A DNA stretch of 64,000 bases from the human T2T-CHM13v2.0 reference genome, Homo sapiens: the NCBI RefSeq assembly GCF_009914755.1, contig NC_060947.1; one strand, written 5' to 3'. Positions within the stretch are counted from its first letter, which is position 1, and the number at the start of each line of letters is the position of its first letter. Below the pieces are notes generated by a model. The model was not told the origin of the DNA, did no database searches, and saw nothing but the letters and a program-made list of their open reading frames with translations. A program made the translations under genes and the position numbers. Below are positions 18,466 through 35,029 of this stretch, piece after piece.

Positions 18466-21400
18466 AAAAAATAGGCAAAAACCTGAACAGACCTCATCAA
18501 ACAAGATATACAAATGACAAATAAGCATATGAAAAGATATTCAACATCATATGTCATTAGGAAATTGCAAATTAAAACAACAATGAGATACCACTATACA
18601 TTTATTAGAATAGCCAAAATTCAAAACAATGACAACACCAAATGCTGATGAGAACATGGAGCAACAGGAACTTTCATTCATTGCTAGTAGGAATGCAGAA
18701 TGCTACAGCCACTTTGAAAGACAATTTGGCAGTTTCTTACAAAACTAGATATACTCTTACCAAATAATCCAGCAATCATCCTTCTTTGTATTTGCTCTAA
18801 GGAGTTGAAAACCCATGTCCACACAAAAACCTGTACACAGACTGGGTGCAGTGACTCATGCCTCTAATCCCACCACTTTAAGAGGCTGCGGCGAGAGAAT
18901 CACTTGAGCCCAGGAGTTCGAGAGCAGCCTGGCAACACAATGAGACCCCGTCTCTACAAAAAATTTTGGAAATTAGAAGAAGAGGTGGAACAAGATGATG
19001 GAATACAAGGCTCCATCAATAGTCCCCCCGGCAAGGACACCAATTTAACAACTATCTACACACACATACACACACACACACAAAACACCTTCATGAGAAC
19101 CAAAAATTAGGTGAGCCCTCATGGTACCTGGTTTCAACTTCGTATTGCTGAAAGACACTCTCAAGAGGTAGAAAGGAGAGTCTTGAATCACTGAGGCCAC
19201 TCCTCCCCCACTTCCCAGCAGACAAGGTGGTGTGGTGCAGAGAGGATCTCTGGGTGCTGGGGGAGGAAAAGCATAACAATCATGAGGCATTGAACTCAGT
19301 GATGTCCTAATAGAGCAGAAAGGAAAACCCAGACCAAACTCAGCTGACTCCTGCCCACAGAGAGAGCATTTAAACTAGCCCTAGCCAGGAAGGAATCACC
19401 AATCCCGACGGTCCGAACTTGAGTTCCCACAAACCTCACCATCGAGGGCTAAGGGGCTCTGGGTCTCTAAGAAAACTTGAAAGGTAGTCTAGGTCACAAG
19501 GACTACAAGTCTTAGGCAAGTCCTAGTACTGAACTGGACCCAGAGACAGTGGACTGGAGGCCTGGCAACACGACGAGACTCCATCTTGTGTTGCCTCCAG
19601 TATATCACAATGTGACATACTGAGACACCAGCTGGTGTAGCTAAGGGAGTGCTGGCATCATCCCTCCTCCAATCCCAGGTTGCACAGCCCGCAGCTCCAA
19701 AAGAGACCCTTCATTCTGCTTGAGGAGAGAGAAGAGTGGGGAGGACTTTGTCTTGCATCTTGGATACCAGCTCAGCCACAACAGGATAGGGCATCGGTCA
19801 GAGTTGTGAGAGCCCCATTTCAGGCCCTACCTCCGGGATGACATTTCTAGACTTTCCTTGGGCCAGAAGCAAACCTGCTGCCTTGAAGGGAAGGACCCAG
19901 TCCTGGCAGAGTGCATTATCTGCTAAATGAAGAGCTCCTGGGCCCTCAATAACCAGTAGGGATACCCAGGTACTATGTCAAGGGCATTGGGTGAGCTGCT
20001 AAGGCTTGCTCACTTCAGATACCAGCTCAACCACAGAGGGTTAGAGAGCTAAGCAGGCTCTTAGGACCCTCAATTCCAGGACCTGATACTTGGATGGCAT
20101 TTTTGGACCTGCACTGGGCCAGAGGGGAGCCCATTGCCCTGAAGGGTGAGTGACAGGCCAGGCAACATTCACCATAAGCTGACTTAAGAGCCCTTGGGCC
20201 TTAAGGGAACATCCTTCAGTAGTAGTCTGGTAGTAGTAGTAGACCTATGGCCTGTGGTGGCAGTGGCTACAAGGTGAGGCTCCTCTGCCTTTGGAAAGGG
20301 GAGGGAAGAGTAGGAAGGACTGCATCTTGTGGGAAGGATCACATCTTGTGAGCTCTAGTCAGGGACTAGAGTCAGAAACTTCTAAGGGGCCTGGGGGACC
20401 TCGTTGCCCTGAAGGGAAGGACAACAAAGCAGCTGGCTTTGCCACCTGCTGATGGCAGAGCCTCAGGGCCTTCAGTGAACATAGGCAGTAGCCAGGGATT
20501 GGTTACAGTAGGCCTTGGGTGAGACCCAGGGCTTTGCTGGCTTCATGTGTGACCCAGCACAGTCATAGTGTTGGTGGCCACAGGGGTGATTGTGTCACTC
20601 CACCCCCCAGCTTTAAGTGGCTCAGAACAGACAGAGAGACTACATTTGTTTGGGAGAAAGTAAGGGAAGAGAACAAGAGTCTCTGCCTGATAATCCAGAG
20701 AATTTCCGTGGATCTTGTCCAAGACTATCAAGGCAGTACCTCTATGAGACTGCAAGAATCACAGAGTTACTGGGCTTGGGGTGTCCCCTAAAGCAGTTAC
20801 AGCTTAGATCACAACACCCAAGACCTTTCAAATATCTGGAAAGCCTTCCCAAGAATAAAGGCTATGAATAAGTACAGACAGTGAAGACTACAATAAATAC
20901 CTAACTCTCCAATGCCCAGAAACCAAAGAACATCTACTAGCATCAACACCATCCAGGAAAACATGCCCTTACCAAATGAGCTAAATAAGGCGCCAGGGAC
21001 CAATCCTGGAGAAACAGAGACATGTGACCTTTCAGACAGAGAATTCAAAATAGCTGTGTTGAGAAAACTCAAAGAAATTCAAGAGAATACAGACAAGGAA
21101 TTGAGAATTCTATCAGATAAATTTAACAAAGAAATCAAAATAATGAAAAAGAATCAAGCAGAAATTCTGAAGCTGAAAAATTCAATTAGTATAATGAAGA
21201 ATGCATCATAGTCTTTTAATAGCAGAATTGATCAAGCAGAAGAAAGAATTAGTGAGCTTCAAGACAGGCTATTAGAAAATACACAGTCAGAGGAAACAAA
21301 AGATAAAAGAATTTTAAAAAATGAAGTACACGTACAGGACCAAGAAAATGGCCTCAAAAAGGCAATCTAAGGGTTATTGGCCTTAAAGATGAGGTAGAGA

Positions 21401-22164
21401 AAGAGATGGGGGTAGAAAGTTTATTCAGAGGAATAATAACAGATAATTTCCCAAACCTAGAGAAATATATCAATATGAAAGTACAAAAATGTTATAGAAT
21501 ATCAAGCAGATTTAACCCAAAGAAGATGATTTCAGGGCATTTAATAATCAAACTCCCAAAGATATGGGATAAAGAAAGGATTCTAAAAGCAGCAAGAGAA
21601 AAGAAACAACATACAATGGAGCTCCAATACGTCTGGCAGCAGACTTTTCAGTGGAAACATTACAGAACAGGAGAGTGGCATGACATATTTAAAGTGCTGA
21701 AGGAAAAAACTTTTACCCTAGAATAGTGTTTATCTGGCAAAAATATTCTTCAAACATTAAGGAGAAATAAAGATTTTCCCAGACAAACAAAAGTTGAGGA
21801 ATTTCATCAACACCAGACCTTCCCTACAAGAAATGCTAAAGGGAGTTCTTCAATCCAAAAGAAAAGGCTGTTAATGAGCAAAAAGAAGGTACAAAACTCA
21901 CTGGTAATAGCAAATACAGAGAAAAACAGAATTACTATAACACTGTAACTGTGATGTGTAAACTACTCAAGTAGAAAGACTAAATGATGAACCAATCAAA
22001 AATAATAACTACGACAACTTTTCAAGACATAGAAAGTACAATAAGATATAAATGGAAACAACAAAACGTTAAAAACTGGGGTGATGAAGTTAAGGCATAG
22101 AGTTTTTACTAGTTTTCTTTTTGCTTGTTTGTTTGTTTATGCAAACAGTGGTAGGTTGTTATCA

Positions 22165-22884
<720 letters not shown>

Positions 22885-23236
22885 GTAACTTCAAACCAAA
22901 AAACATGCAATGGACACACACAAAAAAAATAAAAAGCAAGAAACTAAATCACATCACCAGAGAAAATATGTTAAGTGAAAGAAGCCAGGCACAGAAAGAC
23001 AAACATCGCATGTTCTCATTTATTTGTGGGCTCTAAAAATCAAAACAATTGAACTCATGGACATAGAGAATAGAAGAATGGTTACCAGAGACTGGGAAGG
23101 GTAGTGAGGAGTTGGGGGGAGAGGTGGGAATGGTTAATGGGTACAAAAAAAATAGAAAGAATGAATAAGACTATTTGATAGCACAACAGAGTGGTTTTAG
23201 TCAATAATAACTTAATTGTGCATTTTAAAATAACTA

Positions 23237-23540
<304 letters not shown>

Positions 23541-23895
23541 ATAACTAAAAGAGTGTAATCAGATTGCTTATAACACAAAGGATAAATACTTGAGGGGATA
23601 GATGCCCAGTTCTCCATAATGTGATTCTTACACATTGCATGCCTGTACCAAAACATCTCATGTACCCCATAAATATATACACCTGTCTACCCACAAATTT
23701 TTAAATTTTTAAATTTTTTAAAAAACTAAATTAGCTGAGCGTGGTGGCACATGCCTGTAATCCAAGCTACTCAGGGAGGATGAGGCAGGAGAATCACTGG
23801 AGCCCAGGAGTTTGAGGCTACAGTGAGAGCTATGATTTTACCACTGCATTCCAGCCTGGGTGACAAAGTGAGACCCTGTCTCTCAAAAAAAAAAA

Positions 23896-24122
23896 GCCAG
23901 GAGTCAAGGCAACATAGCAAGACCCTACCTCTACGAAAATAAAAAATTAGCTGGGTGTGATGGCATACACCTGTAGCCCTAGCTACTTGGGGGACTGAGG
24001 TGGGAGGATCGCTTGAACTCAGGACTTTGAGGCTGCAGTGAGCTATAATAGCACCACTGCACTCCAGCCTGGGTGACAGAGCAATATCCTGTCCCCACCA
24101 CCAAAAAAAAAAAAAAAAAAAA
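23896..24122 (+). mobile_element. 5'-truncated AluJ
   Basis: Partial left monomer, right monomer and poly(A). Confidence 0.85.
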
Positions 24123-24809
24123 GGCTGTAAAGAGAGGTTTCTAGCAGCTTTATTCACAATTGCCAAAACTTGAAAGCAACCAAAATGTCCTTCAGTTGGT
24201 GAGTGGCTAAATAAACTGGAGTAATCCAGACAATGGAATATTATTCACACTATGAAGAACTGAGCTATCAAAACCTGAGGAAATATGGAAGAACCATAAA
24301 TGCATATTACTAAGTAAAAGAAGCCAATCTGAAAAGGCTATATACCTGATTATTCCAAACATATGACATTCTGGAAAAAGCAAAACTATGGATACAGCAA
24401 AAAGATCAGTGGTTGCCAGGGTAAACATGGAGGGAGAAATGAATAGACAAAGCGTAGAGGATTTTTGGGGCAGTGATACTACTCTGTATGATACTGTAAT
24501 GGTGGATACATGTCATTATACATTTGTCCAAACCATAGAATGTACAACACCAGGAGCGAACCCTAATGTAATTAATGTACTTTGGGTGATGATGATGTAT
24601 CAATGTAGTTTCATCAGTTGTAACAAATATGCCACTATGATGCGGGATGTTGACAGTGGGAGAGGCTAGAGTGTGGAGTAAAAACAGTGGAAACGATGAC
24701 AATGTGTAGGCAAAATATTAAATGGGTAGGGTAAACTGTGCTAAGATCCTTGTGTTGGTAAAGAGAAGGACAGAACCATTAAGTAACTTGTTGAATTTAT
24801 TAGAAAAAT

Positions 24810-25327
24810 TAGTTTACAGTCCCACCAACAGTGTAAAAGTGTTCCTATTTCTCCACATCCTCTCCAGCACCTGTTGTTTCCTGCCTTTTTAATGATCACC
24901 ATTCTAACTGGTGTGAGATGGTATCTCATTGTGGTTTTGATTTGCATTTCTCTGATGGCCAGTGATGATGAGCATTTTTTCATGTGTCTTTTGGCTCCAT
25001 AAATGTCTTCTTTTGAGAAGTGTCTGTTCATATCCTTCACATTCTCAGCAAACTATCGCAAGGACAAAAAACCAAACACCGCATGTTCTCACTCATAGGT
25101 AGGAATTGAACAGTGAGAACACATGGACACAGGAAGGGGAACATCACACACCAGGGCCTGTTGCGGGGTGGCGGGAGGGGGGAGGGATAGCATTAGGAGA
25201 TATACCTAATGTTAAATGATGAGTTAATGGGTGCAGCACACCAACATGGCATGTGTATACATATGTAACAAACCTGCACATTGTGCACTTGTACCCTAAA
25301 ACTTAAAGTATAATAAAAAGAAAAAAA
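24810..25327 (+). mobile_element. 5'-truncated, 5'-inverted L1PA (twin-priming structure)
   Basis: 24810-25039 is reverse-complement L1 ORF2 (ORF 24741-25040, -); 25040-25327 is forward 3' end plus poly(A). TSD agaaaaatta (24802-24811 / 25327-25336). Confidence 0.93.
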
Positions 25328-25604
25328 GAAAAATTATATTTAAGTATCATAAAGTTGTAAATAAATCCTTAAAAGGATAAAAATACATTATATAGCTTCT
25401 AAACCAACAGAAGAAATTAAAGGAATATGGAAAGCTTTGTTAATCCAATAGAAAGTTTTGGAGGGAAAGGAAGAGGGAGAAAGTTAGGAAAATGTGTGGT
25501 GAATAGAACCTGAAGTAGGTGGGAAAAAGCAAGTTGCAGAATGATATGTATATATTGACACAATGTATATGAAGTTTTAAAAGCCCAGAAAACACTTAAA
25601 GCCC

Positions 25605-26725
25605 ACCAAAGGATCTGAATAGACATTTCTCAAAAGGAGAAATACAAATGGCCAACAAATATATGAAAAAAATGTTCAACATCACTAATCATCAGGGAAA
25701 TGCAAATCAAAACAACAATGATATCTTACCTTATCCCAGTTTTAATGACTATTATCAAAAAGACCAAAAAAATGCTAGTGAGGATGTGGAGAAGAGGGAA
25801 TTCTTATATCTTCTTGGTAGGAATGTAAATTCGTATGGCCATTATGAAAAGCAGTATGGAGATCCTGCAGTAAAACTGAAAGTAGAACTACTGTATTATC
25901 CAACAATTCCATTAATGGATATTTATCCAAAGGAAAGGAAATCAGTATATCAAAGGGATATGTGCTCCCCTGTGTTTACTGTAGTGCTATTCACAATAGC
26001 CAAGATATGGAATCAACCTAAGTGTCCACCAATGGACGACTGGATAAAGAAAATGTGGAATGGAATGGAATATTATTCAGCCATTAAAAATGAAATCCTT
26101 TCATTCACAGCAGCATGGATGAGCCTGGAGGACATTGTGTCAATGAAATAAGTCAGGCACAGAAAGGTAAATGCCACATATTCTCACTCATATGTGGGAG
26201 CTAAAAAAGTTGAGCTCTGAGAAGCAGAAAGAAGAATTATGATTATTAGAAACTGGGAAGCATAGGGAGGAGAGGAGGATAAGAAGTTGGTTAACAGATA
26301 CAGTTACAGCTACATGGGAAGAATATGTTCTACTGTTGTATAGCACTATACGGTGACTACGGTTAATAATTGTATTTTTTTAAAACTAGGAGAGAGAATT
26401 TTGAATGTTTTCAGCACAAATAAACGATAAATGTTTGAGGTGCCGGATATACTAATTACTCTAACTTGATCATTATACATTGTATGTATCAAAATATTAC
26501 TCTTATCCCATAAATATGTACAATTATTACATATCAACTAAACAAAAGAAAAATAGCTAGAAGAGAAGAATTGTAATGTTCCCAACACAAGGAAATGATA
26601 AATGTTTGAGGTGATGGATATTCCAGTTACCCTGATTTGGTCATTACACATTGTATACAGATATCAAGATATCTCATGTACCCCCAAAATATGTACAACT
26701 ATTATACATATTTTTAAATGAATAA
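25605..26725 (+). mobile_element. L1MA-type 3' end, with a second L1MA terminus in tandem (about 26552-26725)
   Basis: ORF 25648-26151 (IAKIWNQPKCP) followed by two consecutive ataaatgtttgaggtg...aatatgtacaa termini. Confidence 0.85.
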
Positions 26726-28519
26726 AATACATTAGGCAACAATAAGTAAATAAAAATCAAACAAAAAACACAAAGCCCATAATATTACTTATTGTTTATG
26801 GATACCTAAATAATAAACACAAAATTTGTGATAAGTTATTTCTGGAAGGAAAGGAGAATGAAACCAAGGAAGGATATACAGAGGATATCAACTCTGTAAA
26901 TGTTCATTTCTATTTTTAAAATCTAGTTTTTAAAATAATAAAACGTTAAGATTTTATAAAGACGGGTGGTGGATACCTAGGCATTTGTTACATTTTGTAT
27001 TCTTGTCTCTCCATTTGAAATAATTACTGCTTGGAAAAATAAGTTGAAAAAGAGAGGGGAGCAAAGAATGAAAAACCTTATGTATGTATCTATTTTATAT
27101 GAATAATTAAAATAACATATATATGTTGAGATAAGCATGCAAAAAATGGCTAGAAAATATAGACCCACTCTTAACAGTGATTGTCTGAAGGATAAGATTG
27201 CGACCTACTTCCACTTTCTGTTCTATATTGCTTTTTATTTTGTTTTGTCTTATAATGAACATGCATTACTATGTTAAGCAGTAAAAGAATCTTTTTTTTT
27301 TCAAGTAGAGACAATGAAAACAAGCGAGTCTGAACACAACTTTAGTCTTCATTAGGAAAACTCAAAGCTACGACAGTTTTTAAAAACAAGGAAAAGAACA
27401 TATTTGAAATGCCATTTTCAAGCAAGTTCTCTCTGTATTTAGTGTTATGCTCTGTTGTGTCAAAATGCTGAGAAGAGTTATTAACTAACTGATGCAAAAT
27501 GTAGATATCTTATTGTATTCTTGCTAAGCATTTCCATGGGCAAAAACGAAAGAATGAGATGATGTGGTAATTTTGATTAAATGGATGCCTGTGCTATCTT
27601 ATGGCAGCTGGTTTTGAAGATTAGGCCATTCTTAGGCTGTAATTGGATAATGCTGGCTTTGTTGATTTGAAGTAGAAGGCTAATCCCAGGAGTTTACAGT
27701 GACAACCAAACTGTTAGATCGCTGGCATGGTAACAAGAAAAGAGGAAAACAAGATGCAATGATAGACTGGAACAGTCCTCTTGCCTGTATCTCATGCCAG
27801 TGGCAGTATGTATTATACATTGGGTTGAACGTATATTTATATTTAATAGAAATATTACATATTCACAAATATGAAGATCACAGCATAGATCATGAATGAA
27901 TACACCATAACATGCATGTTGTAAAGTGGAGGGCTAATTTCAAAACAAAAATCATAGTTCCAAGATGTAACCTTTGTGATAGGTAAACACATTTTGAATA
28001 GAACTATATTGCACATAATAGAGATATAGGATAATTACATTCTTTCAATATTATGTTGCAATATCATTGTAAACATATATTATAAAACATATCCATGAGT
28101 GAGTTCATTATCTTTAATGGAAAAGGAGAATTGCCTTAATCATGACTCATAATCCTATTGCTGAGATGGAAATGAGTCATATGCAAGCTGTTAGTAGAGA
28201 AGACCAAAAAGGAAAACAAAAAAGATTTGCATCAAACAATGTAATGCCAAATGTATAGGGTTTTTTTCAACATCAGTAGTATGTTTTTCATTAAATTTTT
28301 AAGAAAGCCTACTGGGTAAAGTTTAAAAGATCACTTTAGATCAGCATTTTCCAAAAATGAATATAAAAATTACCCAGAATGGGCCTCTCTAAAAGACAGG
28401 ACAGAAGAGGGCCCACTATGGCCCTCTAAACAACTTATAGATTCATCTGGAGGAAAAGTAGTCTCTGTGAACATGCTCCACCTTTTGCAGGAACTGTCAT
28501 CAAGTTAAAAGCTGCTGTG

Positions 28520-29010
28520 AAATGTGGCAGTATTTATTAAAATTTTAAATGTTCATAACCTCTGATGGAGCTTTTGGCTTGCATACACAAGGATATTCAT
28601 TGCAGTATTGTTTGTAGTTTTCTGTAATAGCTAAAAGTTGGTAGCAATCCAAATATTCATCAACAGAGAAATATTTAAATAAAGCATGGTATATGCACAG
28701 AATGAAATGTTATATATACACACACATACACACACACATATATATGTATACACACACAGAGAGATTCATAAGTACCAACATGGAAAGATGTGCTTATACA
28801 TTAAGTGGAAAAAGTACGCTGTGCAGTGCCATGTTGAATATGATCCCATTTTCATTGTTGGTATCTGTACAAAAGAAAGAAAAATTAGAGGAATAAGCTG
28901 TAAACTGTTAACAATGGGGGCTATGAAACACTTTCACTTTTCAATTTACATGTTTACAAATCTTGTATAAGGTACACATTAATTTTGTAATCAGAAAAAA
29001 TTTTAAAAAT
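28520..29010 (+). mobile_element. Ancient L1ME-like 3' fragment containing a (TA/CA) microsatellite
   Basis: cacaaggatattcattgcagtattgtttgta...aaatattcatcaacagagaa; degenerate. Confidence 0.55.
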
Positions 29011-29160
29011 TAGACCTGCTGGACTGACGAGACTGAGATTCTTTACACACATACACAAACACATACACACAGACTAGTTTGACTGACAGGCCAAATTGAT
29101 CAAAAATATATGTAGAAACAGACTAGGCTATATAGGCTTGATGTTTTTTCTTTAAGGTGG

Positions 29161-29511
29161 TGTTACGGGCTGAATTGTCTCCTTCCAAAATTGACATGTT
29201 GAAGTCCTAAGCCCCAGTAGTTCAGAATGTGATGCTATTTGGAAATAGGACCTCTAAAGAGGCAATTAAGTTAAAATGGGGTCATTAGGATGGCCCTGAT
29301 CCAATATGACTGGTGTCCTCATTGAAAGAGGAAGGGATTAGGACAAAGACACACAGACAAAGGGAAGACCGTATGCGGACACAGGGAAGCTAAGCAGACA
29401 GGCCTCAGATGAAACCAAACCTGCCTCCAGAATTGTGAGAAAACAAATTTCTGTTGTTCAAGCTACCAAGTTTGTGGTATTTTGTAATGGCAGCCCTAGC
29501 AAACTAATACA
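29161..29511 (+). mobile_element. MLT1 (A/B/C-like) solo LTR
   Basis: tgttacgggctgaattgt...ggcagccctagcaaactaataca with TG...CA termini. Confidence 0.88.
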
Positions 29512-29573
29512 AATAGTAGACTGAAGGCACATTATAAAAACCACTATAAATCTGCATTTTAAAACTGACTTTA

Positions 29574-29912
29574 TAACAACATGGATGAACTTTGAAAACA
29601 TTATGCTAAGTGAAAGAAATCAGTCACAAAAGACTATGTATTATATGATTCCATTTATATAGAATGTCCAAAATAGGCAAGTCTACAGAGACAGAAAGAT
29701 ATTAGTGGTTGTCTAGGCCTCAGAGCTTTGGAGGGGAATTAAGAATGACCACTAATGGACACAGGATTTCTTTCAGGATGTAGAACATGTCCTAAAATTG
29801 ATTGTGGTAATGGTTGCATTTCTCTGTGAACACTAAAACCATTGAATTTTACTCTTTAAATACATGAATTGTATGATTTGTGAATTATATCTCAATAAAG
29901 CTGTTTTAAAAA
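29574..29912 (+). mobile_element. L1MB-type 3' UTR
   Basis: acaacatggatgaac...attatgctaagtgaaagaa...tatatctcaataaagctg. Confidence 0.82.
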
Positions 29913-29922
29913 CTTGTTTTCA

Positions 29923-30240
<318 letters not shown>

Positions 30241-31752
30241 TAAGACTTGGTTTCAAGGAATAAAGAGAACAATCACATCACAAAATTCAAAATAGAGGAG
30301 TAACCATAGACGGATGAAATCAAAAAAATTATACAAGAATTTGCACGACTCTATACAAATACATTTGCAAACTTGGGTGAAATGGACTATTTCCTATGAA
30401 AATTTGAATTATCAAAATTAACTCAATTCGTTGGAAAAACATAACAAAAGCTACAAAAAAGGAAAAATGAAAGAAAAAAATTAACTCAAGAAGTGATTGA
30501 AATAAACAACCAATTATTCGAAATTATTTTGAAAAATGGTGTCAAAGAGTACCCTGCAAAATACATGAGGCTCAGAAGTTTCAGATAAGTTCTACCAAAT
30601 ACTCAAGCATTGAATAACTTCAATGTTACCACAACTGTTCCATAGTACAGGGAAGAATACAAATTATTTTCTTCAAAGTTCAATGAAAGCAATAGCTCAA
30701 TCTCACTCATGAATATCAATGTAAAAATCCTGTACAAAATATAAGCAGAATAAGCCCATGGGAAGAATAACACGCCAATTACCAAGTAGTTCTATTTCTG
30801 GAAGTCAAATTTATTTTAATGTTAGGGAATTTGTTAATATAATTTACTATATTAATAGAGCAAGGAAGAAAAAATAATGTGATCATCTTCATAAGTGCTG
30901 AAAAGGCATTTGAAAAAATTTAACATCCATTTCTGATTTAAAATACTGTTTATAAACTAAGAATAGATACATACTTACTTACCATTATGTTATTTTAAAA
31001 AGCTTGATACTGATGCATAAACAAACAGATACACATAGCAACGGAACAGAATACAGTCCAGAAATAAAGCCAAATATATATGGGACCTTAGTAATAAAAG
31101 CCACATTTCAAATCAGTGGGGGAAAAGGATGTATTCAACAAACGACATAGTGACAACTGGCTAGACATAGGTTGGATACCTACAACATTCCTTGCACCAA
31201 AACAAATTCCAGATGGGATTAAGGGATTCTTAAGAAACTAAAATGTATTTTAAAATTAGTTGGATATATTTATGACCTTAAGATAAGGAATGTCCGTTTC
31301 AACACGACACAAAATGCCAAAAGCCATAAGGACAATTTTGATACATTTGACTAGATTAAAAATTAAAATTTTCTGCAGGGAAAAAAAAAACTTCTTACCT
31401 CAAAATAATTCTAGATGCATGAAAGATTTAAACTTTTTTTAATCATAAAAATAACATGGAAGTTTTTTTTAATAACTACAACATGGAGGTCTTTGCAAAG
31501 AAGGATATGAAATCCAAAAGCCATAAAGAAAAGACTGACAAATTTGACTGCATAAAATACTTAAGTGGTTTGCATGGAAAAAACACTATAACCAATGTGT
31601 AAAGAAAAGCTGGGCAAATATTGGCAACTCATTCCACAGATGCAGCACTAAATTTTTTAATAAAGAACTCCTACAACCCAAAAAGAAAAAGGCCAATAGC
31701 AAAACAGGCAAAAGAAATGAACTGACAGTTCACAGGAAGAAAAAGAAATTGC

Positions 31753-32509
<757 letters not shown>

Positions 32510-32667
32510 AGAAATTGCTTTTAGAATATGAAAATTGCTGAAGTTTACTCATAATGAAACACATGTTTACAAAAATATGCCATTTTTACCTATCAAATTG
32601 CCAAAGATCCAAAAATTTAATAACTATTTTTCTTGAGGGTGTGGGAAAACAGGCACTCTCCCACATT

Positions 32668-33008
<341 letters not shown>

Positions 33009-34164
33009 CCCACATTTCTAATGTGAGTTTAAATTGGTGCAAGCAGCATGGAGATCAATCAGGCAATATCTATCAAAATCTAAAATAATTGACTCAACAA
33101 TTATATTTCAGGGGTTTTAGCCGACTTCAACATTTGCAAATGACATGTACACAGATATTTATTGCAGCACTGTTTGCAACAGCAAGGGCTGGAAACAACT
33201 GAATGCCCATCAAACAGGATATAGTTTAAATAAATAAAAGACCTATATGTTTGTATAAGCAATCTCTAGAAGATATCTGAAAAATTATAACAGTGGCTAC
33301 TTCTGAAGAAGGAAACTGAAAGGCTGGGGATCTGCAATTAAAAAGAGATTTCCTTTTCATTGTATACTTTTTCAGTACTGCTTGAACTTTTTACTATGTC
33401 TATAGTTTGCCTATTTGTGAGCTGCTATTTTGCTTAATAAACATATAGAAATTAGTTTGCACTAAGTACTATCAACTTTCCAAATATTAACTCAGATCTT
33501 TTTCATAACAACTCTATGAAGTATGCATTTTTAGTGTCTCCATTACACAGATGAGGAAACCCAGGTATGCCAGACCACATTATGATTTACATTGGCCCTG
33601 GTCACTTATGCCTTTATGGGATCATTCCTGCATTAAAAAAATATTAATAGCCATTTGGTGAGGTGGCACATGTCTGTAGTCCCAGCTACTCAGAAGGCTG
33701 AGTCAAGCGAGTCACTTGAGCCCAGGAGTTTAAGACTGTAGCATATGTTTCCCAAAGCGAGGCCAGAGCAGAAAAGTGGTTATTCGCTGAACTTCTCACA
33801 GGGTGATGGCCACCGAGCCAAGTACTGTTGAGGGGCCGAGAAAGCCCAGCAGCAGGGCCTAGGTTCTCAGAAGAAGGACTGTCCCCCTCCAAGTGGTGGT
33901 GACTCTCAATGCAGAACTGTGTCCGGAATTGGTGGGTTCTTGGTCTCACTGACTTCAAGAATGAAGCTGCGGACCCTCGCGGTGAGTGTTACAGCTCTTA
34001 AGGTGGCGCGTCTGGAGTCTGTCCCTTCTGATGTTCAGATGTGTTCGGAGTTTCTTCCTTCTGGTGAATTCGTGGTCGCCAAAATGTGACCGGAATTGGT
34101 GGGTTCTTGGTCTCACTGACTTCAAGAATGAAGCCGCGGACCCTCACGGTAAGTGTTACAGCTC

Positions 34165-34917
34165 TTAAGGTGGCGCGTCTGGAGTCTGTCCCTTCTGATG
34201 TTCAGATGTGTTCGGAGTTTCTTGCGTTAGTTTCTTGAGTGTTTCATTTGCCTTCTCAACCTTCTCTGAGGATTGTGGCCTCCAGGAGCAGTGAAGATGA
34301 TATTGTATCCCTAGCACCTTGGAGATTCCCTGAGTTATCGTGGCTTTAAAAGCTGGACCATTGTCACTCTGTAAACTTTGGGGAAGCCCAAATCTAAGAA
34401 TTATTTCATGAATTAGGACTTTAATCACTTCCTGAGCCTTCTCTGTCTTGCAGGGGAAAGCTTCTATCCAATTTGTAAACGTATCAACACAGACCAACAA
34501 GTATTGAAATCCCTTTGACTTAGGCATATGGGTGAAGTCTAACTGCCAGTCCTCTCCGGGATAGTGACCTATTCTTTGTTCCCCCAAAGGGGCCTTACGA
34601 TATACCAAGGGATTATTCTTTTGGCACACTTCACAGGCTTTGACTACCTGTCGGATGGTCCGGAGGAGATTTGGCCCTGTAAATAGGGATTTGGCCATTT
34701 GATTAGTGTTTTCAATACCCATATGAAAAGTTTGGTGGAGGGTTTTAAGTATTTTCCACTGGCTGGCTTCGGGTATAAGTACCTTTCCTTCTTCTGTCAC
34801 CAACCACCCCGAAGGGAGAAAACTATGCCCCTGTGGAAGTCCCCATTCTGTTTCAGTCGGGGAATACTGGGGCTTCATCTCCTGGAGGGGGTTGTTCCAT
34901 ACCAAGGGTCCTTCCAT
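34165..34917 (-). pseudogene. ERV9 pol remnant: open 250-aa frame covering the integrase HHCC and DDE core, reading out into U5
   Basis: HQTFH...CEVC zinc motif, WQLDFT, QSDNGPAF, SSEKVE. Confidence 0.85.
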
Positions 34918-35029
34918 AGGTATTTCTAATGGGGGGTTCCTCCTGGCAGCAGCTTTGGCCTCAGCATCTGCCCAATGGTTTCCTTCTGCCTTTTCTCCTT
35001 AGTCCTTCCAGAACACAGGTCAACAGATG

